DNA of 64,000 nucleotides from a virus. The stretch is taken from the IMG/VR virus record IMGVR_UViG_3300045988_076196, positions 32,242 to 96,241 of that record, one strand, 5' to 3'. A model generated the notes under the pieces. The model was not told the origin of the DNA. It did no database searches and saw only the letters and a program-made list of their open reading frames with translations. The position numbers and the translations under genes were made by a program. Below are positions 27,767 to 35,679 of this stretch, one piece after another. Numbering within the stretch: the first letter of the stretch is position 1; the number at the start of each line of letters is the position of its first letter.

Positions 27767-28519
27767 ATGGCGTATGAAATGTTCCAATATCAACCAAGTC
27801 CCAATGATTATTACCGCGATTTGACGCAGGAATATATTTGTGCGCAATGGGATAACACGTCTGCTAAAACGCCGGAGAATGGCGGCGAATTGCTAGAACA
27901 AAATGGAATAGGGTCTAATGAATATAGTTGTGTTCAAGCGTGGGTTGCGCCTACTGTTGCAACCACATCGACTGGACAAAAGGATACTATAGATTTTCTA
28001 CAGCTAATATTCAAGAATATTGACCATTTTGTTGTGCGCGGACTGTATTATAAATTTGATAGCAATGTGTGGATTGTTCACGATTCGGGTAAATTTGATG
28101 GCTTGCCCCGTGCTGTTGGGGTGCGTCGTTGTAACAATGTTATGCGGATTAAAGATGAGATCAATGACACAATCTTTAGCGCACCATGCGTTGTCGACTA
28201 TGATATGCAATCACCATCAGCACAAGTCAGTACGCCTATTATTACGCCAAACAACCATGCTGTTGTTATGGTTCAGGGCAATGAGGACGTATATAGGCTA
28301 TTCAAATATAACACACGTTATATGTTAGGCGGCAGACCATTTAAGCTGTTATCTTATCAGAATGCTATTAATGCTTATGGCATGAGTAAGCCAACATTGT
28401 TCACGCTTGAACTATATCTTGATGAGGCTCACGCTGGCGATGATATTGAGAATCAACTTGCGGATAATAGCTCCGTTGATTATCCAATGGACGAAAATGC
28501 GCCATTTCCAATGGGCTAA
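27767..28519 (+). CDS. hypothetical neck/tail-module protein
   Basis: ATG 27767 begins 1 nt after the upstream TGA; track start is 27746. Confidence 0.5.
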   Translation: MAYEMFQYQPSPNDYYRDLTQEYICAQWDNTSAKTPENGGELLEQNGIGSNEYSCVQAWVAPTVATTSTGQKDTIDFLQLIFKNIDHFVVRGLYYKFDSNVWIVHDSGKFDGLPRAVGVRRCNNVMRIKDEINDTIFSAPCVVDYDMQSPSAQVSTPIITPNNHAVVMVQGNEDVYRLFKYNTRYMLGGRPFKLLSYQNAINAYGMSKPTLFTLELYLDEAHAGDDIENQLADNSSVDYPMDENAPFPMG

Positions 28520-28536
28520 AGGAGGGCGGTTAGATT

Positions 28537-29115
28537 ATGTATAATTCTTTAAGTCGCTTGCCGACAATACCATACAATATTATGGTATATCTAGCAAAAT
28601 CGACCGACCCTATTGCCGATGTCTTTTGGAAAATGTTGGCATATAAAGACTACAAGGCGTTGAGCCATGAACCACTTACATTTCAACAGAAAATGAAATT
28701 AGTGTGGTCATATGGCAAGCAGGATACATATAATGTATTTTTAACTAATCTGATTGAAGATGTCATGGCTGAATCAAAGCAGATTATTAAGATATATCAA
28801 TACTATATTCATGCTTCTGAGCTATATACTAGTACAGTAGTATATGCGTTTGATTGTCTATATGGCGGTCAGATGAGCCTAGTTGAATATAACGGCATTC
28901 CTGTTAATCGCGGTGATTTATTCATTCATTGTATATTATATTTACTTAATGGTGCAGAAGTAGGCGGTGTTGGTAAACTCATGTTCTTAGATGATATGAG
29001 CCGATACAGCGCGGCACGTTCGACCATTGGCAATAATAAGACATTCACAGGTGTTCAGCTATATATGGCGGTCAACGTTGGAGATTCTGGCAAGGTGATT
29101 GATTGTGGCGATTGA
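28537..29115 (+). CDS. hypothetical neck/tail-module protein
   Basis: 192-aa ORF with an AAGGAGGG RBS. Confidence 0.5.
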   Translation: MYNSLSRLPTIPYNIMVYLAKSTDPIADVFWKMLAYKDYKALSHEPLTFQQKMKLVWSYGKQDTYNVFLTNLIEDVMAESKQIIKIYQYYIHASELYTSTVVYAFDCLYGGQMSLVEYNGIPVNRGDLFIHCILYLLNGAEVGGVGKLMFLDDMSRYSAARSTIGNNKTFTGVQLYMAVNVGDSGKVIDCGD

Positions 29116-29929
29116 TATTGAGGTCCTAGAAAAAGGATATTTTTATTTCGATAAGCCAGTTCCTTACAAATTGTCGGACACGACCCATGTTGATATAACG
29201 CCTATATCAGTATATGACAGTGAGGTCTTTTTGTCAAGTTGTGATATTCTCCAAATAGATAAAAACGCGCTTAATTCTGTTGAGATAATTCAGATGAGTT
29301 ATCTTGATTTTTTGCTGAAAGTCATGTTGCCTACAGATAAATCTGGTCTATTGCTAGATAAACTGAGCAATATTTTTAGATTGTGTCTGGGTATGAAGAC
29401 TTGGAAATTAAAAGTAAAAGAGAAACAGAAATTAAGTATAGTTGCCCCAGATGATTCTTTTGAAATCACAGGTAAGCAATTTGATGATATTAAGCGCATT
29501 ATATTGTATCAGAATGTGCCGCATTACGATGATACATATATCGACCCAGATTTGAAAAAGATGATGGGCGAAGTGGATAGGCTTAAAAGTCAAGGTATTA
29601 GTACACCTAACCTAGAGCGACGCATGGCCATCATTACGGCTCATTGTGGCATTAATAAACAAACATTGATGCAGTATACAATGCGGTCATTACAGTTGCT
29701 ATTTGAAGAATGCGCAGGTGAGGTTGAGTTTACAACTTTGCGTCCTATTATGTTATATGCTGGAAAAGCTAAAGAGCTTGAGCATTGGATATACAAGAAA
29801 AAGAAAGATAGGCTTGATGGGTATGTTACATCTGTTGAGTCGTACAATAAATCTATGGGTGGAGATGGCGTAGTTAAACAAGCCAACTCCGATATGATAA
29901 AACAAATAAATAATATTGTAAATCAATAA
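29099..29929 (+). CDS. hypothetical tail-module protein
   Basis: 276-aa ORF; start uncertain (TTG 29099 or GTG 29105). Confidence 0.5.
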   Translation: MIVAIDIEVLEKGYFYFDKPVPYKLSDTTHVDITPISVYDSEVFLSSCDILQIDKNALNSVEIIQMSYLDFLLKVMLPTDKSGLLLDKLSNIFRLCLGMKTWKLKVKEKQKLSIVAPDDSFEITGKQFDDIKRIILYQNVPHYDDTYIDPDLKKMMGEVDRLKSQGISTPNLERRMAIITAHCGINKQTLMQYTMRSLQLLFEECAGEVEFTTLRPIMLYAGKAKELEHWIYKKKKDRLDGYVTSVESYNKSMGGDGVVKQANSDMIKQINNIVNQ

Positions 29930-29943
29930 GGAGGAAATCTTAT

Positions 29944-30078
29944 ATGAGAAAGTTCCTAGCTGGCGTTGGCGATGCTATTCTCCTTAAGGGTCAGACTATC
30001 ATCGGCTTTGCCAAAACTCTAACAGAATCAACCTTTGGCTTTACTATTTCTAGTGAAGAAATCCGTGGCGGCAAGGGT
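29944..30078 (+). CDS. major tail protein, exon 1 (45 codons)
   Basis: aaggagg RBS; MRKFLAGVGDAILLKGQTIIGF...EEIRGGKG; reading on gives a stop after 6 more codons. Confidence 0.6.
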
Positions 30079-30285
30079 AAAAATTGCCCTCTGCGTTAAG
30101 TAATTAGCGTATGACTTCGGGTTAAATGCTTTGAATCCCTAAAGCCCACATACCTAAACAGTAGTTGGAAACGACAAGCTGAATGGTTACGAAAGTAGAA
30201 AAAAGTTGTGGGATGGCTATACGGTTAAATCCTAAGTAGCTTATACCGATAAAATGGGTGTTTAGCAGAGAAGTCCCTAAATATA

Positions 30286-30314
30286 TTGACATATTTATAA
30301 CAATGTGATATAAT
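30286..30314 (+). promoter_or_regulatory. consensus sigmaA promoter inside the intron
   Basis: TTGACA-17 nt-(TGa)TATAAT; 25 of 29 positions identical to early promoter P2. Confidence 0.6.
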
Positions 30315-30526
30315 ATACATGGGAAACTTTCAACGAATATCTCCTTGTGGGAGAAGTAGAACCTCAAGCATATGGAGGAAGAAAAATCCGACCCCTATAA
30401 AATAGGGTGAACATATATTCTACTCTCATGTGAAAGCATGAGCAGACTGCTAGTAATAGTAAGTCGATATTGGCGTTGCGAACCAATATGAATACAAAAT
30501 ATTTTATACTAAAAGGAATGTTATGT

Positions 30527-31600
30527 ATGTTGTTATCAAAAGTTGTTAAGTTGAAATGGAACACAAAGAATAGAAAACATTACGAAAGTATTGGATATAT
30601 ATTTACTAAATATGGTGATGAATTTGATGTAAAAGTCGAAGATTTGACACCTTCTAGTAAAGTTGTTGTTGAGGTTGAATGTGACTTTTGTCATAGCGTT
30701 GTTGTGAAAAAGAAATATCAAACATATAATATACAGCATCACGAAAAATATGGGGATTGTTGTGCATCATGCCAATCTAAAAAGAATAAGTTGATATGTA
30801 TGGATAAATATGGCGTTGACAATGGTTCTAAGACAGAATATGCCATTGAAAAAATAAAACAAGTTAGTATGGAGAGATATGGTGTAGATAACCCATCTAA
30901 GATAAGCGATGTAAGACGCAAGTTAAGCGAAATAGCTAAGGCTAATTCAGAAGATGTTATCACTAAGAGAAATCAGACCATGCTAGAAAAATATGGCACG
31001 ACATCACCAATGGACTTAGATATTGTCAAAGAGAAACAACGTGATACTCTATTGAAGAATTATGGCGTTGAGCATCCAAAGCAAAGTGAAGAAATAAAAA
31101 TGAGAGAACGTCAACGGAATATTGAGAAATATGGTGTTGATAATCCTATGAAACTTAAATCCGTAAGAGATAAGATAAAGGCAACGTGTCTTGAAAAATA
31201 TGGCGTTGAATGCTCATTAAGCTCACCAGATGTTAGAGCTAAAATTAACAAAACATTACTTGAAAATGGTAATGTAAAAACATCTAAACAACAACTTCAA
31301 CTACAACAACTATTAAAAGAAATATATGGAGATTGTGACTTAAACAAGCCGTGTGGTTCATGCTTTCTTGATTGTGTAATTGAATATAATGGTGTCAATA
31401 TAGATATTGAATATGATGGTGAATATTGGCATCAAGATACACAACAAGATAGGCGTAGAGACGAATTTGTCAAATCACAAGGATATAAAATTCTGCGCAT
31501 TCGTGGAAGATATGACATTCCAAATAAAGAACAACTTGTGAAACATATTGAAGAATTGGTAAATTCACAACATACATTCGATATAATTAAAATGGTATAA
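30527..31600 (+). CDS. homing endonuclease: six KYG-type repeats plus a C-terminal Vsr-like PD-(D/E)XK nuclease (I-Bth0305I-like architecture)
   Basis: repeats (E/D)KYGV(D/E)NP..K about every 23 aa; C-terminal DIEYDGEYWH...RDEFVKSQGYKILRI; track start 30470 has no RBS. Confidence 0.7.
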   Translation: MLLSKVVKLKWNTKNRKHYESIGYIFTKYGDEFDVKVEDLTPSSKVVVEVECDFCHSVVVKKKYQTYNIQHHEKYGDCCASCQSKKNKLICMDKYGVDNGSKTEYAIEKIKQVSMERYGVDNPSKISDVRRKLSEIAKANSEDVITKRNQTMLEKYGTTSPMDLDIVKEKQRDTLLKNYGVEHPKQSEEIKMRERQRNIEKYGVDNPMKLKSVRDKIKATCLEKYGVECSLSSPDVRAKINKTLLENGNVKTSKQQLQLQQLLKEIYGDCDLNKPCGSCFLDCVIEYNGVNIDIEYDGEYWHQDTQQDRRRDEFVKSQGYKILRIRGRYDIPNKEQLVKHIEELVNSQHTFDIIKMV

Positions 31601-31613
31601 AATATAATTAGGT

Positions 31614-32549
31614 AATGCACTAATCGGTAAATATTATCATGATTCTGGTCTAACTGTTCAGATTACTGACTCTTGCTTCAAGCTAGAGTATATTGCGGCC
31701 AATCTTGGTGTTGATCTACAGAAGGGCGGTCTTGGTGTTTATCAGGGCGAACTGGTTGTTCAGACTGCTGGTAAGGTCACTCTACCACAGGCTCCAACCG
31801 CCGTTGCTGGTTCACTAATTGGTTGGTATCGCACTCCTAGCGAGAAGGATTATACTGTTGGTACAATTACTGAGGCGTCCGGTGTATACACAATGGAAAT
31901 TGCCAATGCTAAGGTTGGCGAGAAGTATTGTGTTATGTATTTCTATCAGAATGCTAATGCTGATAGCATTATCATTCCAGTTGACTATGTACCAGACGAG
32001 CTTCACGTCATTATTATCAATGACCTGTTCAATGCGGATATTTCCACTACGAACAATGCAACTAAGGTTGGCCGTCTAATTACTGATATTCCTAGACTAC
32101 AGCTTGATGGCGCACAAGACCTTAATCTTACTGCAACTTCCGCAGCTACTGTTTCTCTGTCTGGCTCTGCTCTAGCAGTTGACTCCACTGACTCTTGCGA
32201 GAATGAGTCTTACTATGGTACTATGACCGAGGAAGTCTTTGGCGCAAAGTGGCAGAACGAAGTAAAGGCTATTGCATTTGAGGATGCTGATATTAGCCTA
32301 AAGGCAGCTGGTAGCCAGACTCTAGTTTGCTATGTTCTATTTGACGGCAACAAGGCTCCTAAAATTGTTGACAATGCCAATTTTACATTTGCTGTCGAGG
32401 ACGGAACTGAGAATGTGTCTGTCAATGAAAGTGGCGTTGTGAATGCAATCAAGGCTGGTACAGCACATATTTCCGCAACTCTAAAGGGTGCTGACCCAGA
32501 GGTCAACCCAAGTGTTGTTGGTTATGCTGAGGTCACTGTAACCGCTTAA
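31614..32549 (+). CDS. major tail protein, exon 2 (C-terminal Ig-like Big_2 domain)
   Basis: NALIGKYYHDSGLTVQ... continues from exon 1; C-terminal VNAIKAGTAHISATLKG...GYAEVTVTA. Confidence 0.6.
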   Translation, partial: NALIGKYYHDSGLTVQITDSCFKLEYIAANLGVDLQKGGLGVYQGELVVQTAGKVTLPQAPTAVAGSLIGWYRTPSEKDYTVGTITEASGVYTMEIANAKVGEKYCVMYFYQNANADSIIIPVDYVPDELHVIIINDLFNADISTTNNATKVGRLITDIPRLQLDGAQDLNLTATSAATVSLSGSALAVDSTDSCENESYYGTMTEEVFGAKWQNEVKAIAFEDADISLKAAGSQTLVCYVLFDGNKAPKIVDNANFTFAVEDGTENVSVNESGVVNAIKAGTAHISATLKGADPEVNPSVVGYAEVTVTA

Positions 32550-32565
32550 TCTATTTAATTTTAAT

Positions 32566-32599
32566 GGGGAGAGATATTCGTATCTTTCCCCATTTTATT
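32566..32599 (+). terminator. rho-independent terminator after the major tail gene
   Basis: ggggagagata-ttcg-tatctttcccc followed by attttatta. Confidence 0.7.
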
Positions 32600-32625
32600 A
32601 CGTTCAAATAAAGTAGGTGAAAATA

Positions 32626-32946
32626 ATGGATTGTCCATATTGTAATGTAGTAAATTACGACGAAATCCCAACTTGTAATAAGCAAGAGGAGCATCCCGTT
32701 TGCCCTCATGTTAGGCGGTGTATTGAGCATCATATGTGGAAACCACTAAATTTTATGGCTAGTTGCCCAATTAAATCTGCGCCAACTGGTAATGTGCAGT
32801 TTGAGCGGCATGGCTATTTGTACGTTAAAGTTGGTGAACAAATCATTAAGGTGGAAAACCCATATGATTATATCCCAGACAATGTAGAATTAAGGAAATA
32901 TAAAGGAAATTATAAGGTAATTAAAGAAAAGGAGAATAAGGAATAA
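32626..32946 (+). CDS. zinc-finger small protein
   Basis: MDCPYCN...CNKQEEHPVCPH; AGGTGA RBS 5 nt before ATG 32626. Confidence 0.5.
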   Translation: MDCPYCNVVNYDEIPTCNKQEEHPVCPHVRRCIEHHMWKPLNFMASCPIKSAPTGNVQFERHGYLYVKVGEQIIKVENPYDYIPDNVELRKYKGNYKVIKEKENKE

Positions 32947-33347
32947 TGAAGGATTTTAAGGAAATGGAAAGTATTGAACTCAAGGATTTTGGCATTCGTG
33001 TCAACCCATATTTAACTTATGCACAAGTTCAGGCTATTGCCAATAGTGTTTACACCCTAAAGAGCTGGGCAGAGCGTGAACAGAACATTGATATGCTACT
33101 ACTTATCTATGCAACTAACCTAACGGCTGAGGAAGTCAATAATTACAATCATGAACATTGGCTTAAGTCCGGCCTGATTGACTGTGTTAAGGCAAATGTA
33201 CTAAATTTCTATGATATCGATAAGGCTATCAAATATGAGGAAAGTCCAATGCGCACTCTCATGAAGTTAGCTAATGAAATGCCGGAATTTAGCAAAAAGC
33301 TTAACGAATACTTAGAGGTGGCAAAGAATGCCAACAGCAAGAAGTGA
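32946..33347 (+). CDS. possible tail assembly chaperone (by position and size only)
   Basis: 133-aa ORF between the major tail and tape measure genes. Confidence 0.35.
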   Translation: MKDFKEMESIELKDFGIRVNPYLTYAQVQAIANSVYTLKSWAEREQNIDMLLLIYATNLTAEEVNNYNHEHWLKSGLIDCVKANVLNFYDIDKAIKYEESPMRTLMKLANEMPEFSKKLNEYLEVAKNANSKK

Positions 33348-33879
33348 AGTTGAATTGCGTCGAATGCTGAAAGACCCCTTGCAAAAAGCTGTACAATATG
33401 TCGTTCAAAAGATATGGAATGAAAATCGCGAAGTAGTACGACTTGTTGTCTACGAGGTCTATCAGCCAACAGAATATGATAGAACTATGGGTTTTCTTAA
33501 TGCGTGGGACTTTACAGGCGAATATTACAATCCACCAAGCATGAACTCTGTAGCACATGGTGAATTTTATTTCAAGCCCAGTGAAATGCCACTTGGCAGC
33601 ACAGACCCAGAATCAGGAAATTATGCGCAACATATTGGTATTGCTGGAAGTTATAAGGGCGCAGATGCTCGTGAGTATCTGGCTGATATTATTTACGGTA
33701 ATATAAAGTGGGGTTCTGGTTTTGGCATTGGAGATTGGCAAAGAAAGCGTGACGCATGGACTGAGTTAAATAAGCGCATAGGCAGACGCAAGATGAAACA
33801 ATGGATGAAAGAAGGCATGGAGGCGGCTGGGCTTACTGTACAGATGCACAATACGCCGCTTCATGTCGAGGAAAGTTAA
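33328..33879 (+). CDS. hypothetical protein
   Basis: 183-aa ORF with its own ATG, overlapping the upstream gene by 20 nt. Confidence 0.5.
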   Translation: MPTARSEVELRRMLKDPLQKAVQYVVQKIWNENREVVRLVVYEVYQPTEYDRTMGFLNAWDFTGEYYNPPSMNSVAHGEFYFKPSEMPLGSTDPESGNYAQHIGIAGSYKGADAREYLADIIYGNIKWGSGFGIGDWQRKRDAWTELNKRIGRRKMKQWMKEGMEAAGLTVQMHNTPLHVEES

Positions 33880-33880
33880 T

Positions 33881-34396
33881 ATGGTTATATGTGGACTTGA
33901 TGCAAGCACCTCTTGCACTGGATGGTCTATATTTGATAATGGTGAACTCATTGCATATGGCGCAATCAAGCCCAAGGGTGATGATTGGCACGATAGGGTA
34001 ATGGGGCTTACTATGGAATTATCAAAAATATTTAGACAGTATCAACCCACCATTATCTATGCAGAGGAAGTGCCATTAAAAAAAGGCGCATCTACTATAG
34101 AAAAATTGGGCGCAGTGCAAGGCGTGATTTTAGCATTATGCGCTGGCTTCAAGATAAAGCCATGCTTCTTGATGCCAAGTAAATGGCGTGGCGACCTTAA
34201 TCTCTTTGATGGCACAAGAGCCGGATTACAAAGAGATGTTCTGAAGAAAAAAGCCATAGAGATGGCGAATGAAGAATTTGGCCTCGAATTGGCATGGGTT
34301 GCCCCAAGTAGCAAAAAGAATGAGGATGATTGCGCGGAAGGAATCCTCATAGCCTACTCACAAATTAAGAAAAAAGGGAGTGTGATGAATGGCTAA
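33881..34396 (+). CDS. RuvC-like Holliday junction resolvase
   Basis: ICGLDASTSCTGWSIF, IIYAEEVP and DDCAEGILIA correspond to the RuvC catalytic acidic motifs. Confidence 0.75.
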   Translation: MVICGLDASTSCTGWSIFDNGELIAYGAIKPKGDDWHDRVMGLTMELSKIFRQYQPTIIYAEEVPLKKGASTIEKLGAVQGVILALCAGFKIKPCFLMPSKWRGDLNLFDGTRAGLQRDVLKKKAIEMANEEFGLELAWVAPSSKKNEDDCAEGILIAYSQIKKKGSVMNG

Positions 34397-34766
34397 AAGT
34401 TCAAATTACTCGATACTCGTTGATGCTGAGTTAGACTTAAAACAAATCACACAAAAACTTAATTCACAGAAATATAAAATAGATGTAGAAGCTAATATGA
34501 CTGGTGATGCGGCAGACAAACTAAGAAATACAAATTCTGCCACTCGGTCATTAGAGGAATCTACAGTGGATCTTACTCTTACATATCAGCAATTTAGACA
34601 AGTACTTGATTCTGTTATTGATGTAACGAGTAAAATGTATGAGCAAGTCAAGGCGTTAGACACAGCACAAACGGAGTTTAAGAAAGTCTCGGACTTGTCT
34701 GGTCAAGCACTTGATGATTATACAGATAAACTTGCTCAGATGGGCAAGACAGTTGGCCGCACCGGT
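34389..34766 (+). CDS. tape measure protein, exon 1 (126 codons)
   Basis: typical TMP N-terminus ...LDTAQTEFKKVSDLSGQALDDYTDKLAQMGKTVGRTG; reading on gives 15 unrelated codons and a stop. Confidence 0.65.
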
Positions 34767-35104
34767 AAACCAAATCGGTCTGAGCCGGTATGTACAAATG
34801 GTAAATGTGCATAGAGAACAGCCCCTAAACCCTTGAAAGCCTCAAGAGCCTTATCACTACAACATGAGGATGAGATAAGCCTGAGTGTGATTATTAACAA
34901 TGAATCAGCGCGAAAGCAGAAAGACGATAAGGATGATTCCATGGTTGAAAAACCTAAAGAATCTGTCTTAAATAATGTATGATATTTGAGACAAAAGGGC
35001 AGATTGGGCGCGAAGCCGTGATGAGCGGTGTGTCAATCGAATATACAGGGCGACCCTCCAATTATATAGGGTGAAGAAATATTCAGGAAGGGATTAAAAA
35101 CCCC

Positions 35105-35133
35105 TTGACAAATTATCTAATATGTGCTATTGT
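35105..35133 (+). promoter_or_regulatory. sigmaA-type promoter inside the insert
   Basis: TTGACA-17 nt-(TGc)TATTGT, 27 nt upstream of the ATG at 35160. Confidence 0.45.
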
Positions 35134-35159
35134 ATAGATACTTAAAGGAGGTATCTATT

Positions 35160-35384
35160 ATGTTCTTATCTATCGTATTTGCAATTTTTGTTTGGCCTGC
35201 CATTGCCATTGCTGGGTTGATTGCATTAGGTAAAGAAATTGGGAGATTGTTTCATAACTCAAGCGATTCAACCAAGCCGACCACTATACAGTCACAACGT
35301 AATATTCATTATGAAACACCTAAAGAAGAAGAGCGACGTACTAATTATTGGGGCATGGATGATGAAAGGTGGGGCAAATTGTAA
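35160..35384 (+). CDS. 74-aa single-pass membrane protein
   Basis: aaaggagg RBS; MFLSIVFAIFVWPAIAIAGLIALG followed by a hydrophilic tail. Confidence 0.5.
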   Translation: MFLSIVFAIFVWPAIAIAGLIALGKEIGRLFHNSSDSTKPTTIQSQRNIHYETPKEEERRTNYWGMDDERWGKL

Positions 35385-35464
35385 TGAATAATCTAGCTAC
35401 AGTGTTCATCATTGGATGGTTCGTTTACATCATCTTATTTACAATTAGTTGTGTGAGGAAGTAA
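35384..35464 (+). CDS. 26-aa hydrophobic peptide
   Basis: TAATG overlap with the upstream stop; MNNLATVFIIGWFVYIILFTISCVRK. Confidence 0.35.
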   Translation: MNNLATVFIIGWFVYIILFTISCVRK

Positions 35465-35466
35465 TT

Positions 35467-35583
35467 ATGGAAGATGTATATATTGTAGCAATCATCGCAA
35501 CGGTAATCGTATTTGCCATCCTTATTTATCTTTGTTCCATGAGTGGCTATACAACAAAGCGCAAAATCCAGATGATTATATAG
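35467..35583 (+). CDS. 38-aa hydrophobic peptide with a basic tail
   Basis: GAGGAAG RBS; MEDVYIVAIIATVIVFAILIYLCSMSGYTTKRKIQMII. Confidence 0.4.
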   Translation: MEDVYIVAIIATVIVFAILIYLCSMSGYTTKRKIQMII

Positions 35584-35679
35584 ATATTAATAGAAAGAAA
35601 CGAGATAAGGATATAGCACAGGTCAAAGCCCAAGAAAAGTATGACAATGATTGGGGATATATTAGATAATTTATAACCG

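Larger units (their letters stand above)
30079..31613 (+). mobile_element. group-I-intron-like insert with a homing endonuclease gene (boundaries +/- a few nt)
   Basis: exon 2 is open from 31608 with no start codon or RBS until 31893; the 5' 220 nt is ORF-free and has core-like strings (gaatccctaaagccc, gcagagaagtccctaaa); ggt microhomology at both junctions. Confidence 0.6.
34767..35679 (+). mobile_element. 913-nt intron-like insert in the tape measure gene, carrying a promoter and three small membrane-peptide ORFs
   Basis: exon 1 would end in U (34766) and the insert in G (35679); joining gives TVGRTG|SEMVEAATEF in frame; cagcccctaaaccc near the 5' end and aaggatatagcac...ggggatatattag near the 3' end resemble group I core strings; exon 2 has no RBS. 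Confidence 0.55.

Noticed and set aside
30122-30564. Minus-strand ORFs 30122..30367 and 30364..30564 inside the tail-gene intron
   Set aside because: They overlap the presumed intron RNA core and its promoter, have no RBS, and have implausible sequences.
33300-33360. Programmed -1 frameshift (G/GT-type chaperone) at the 32946..33347 / 33328..33879 overlap
   Set aside because: No XXXYYYZ slippery heptamer occurs in the overlap. The downstream ORF has its own ATG, and its sequence does not look like a chaperone extension.
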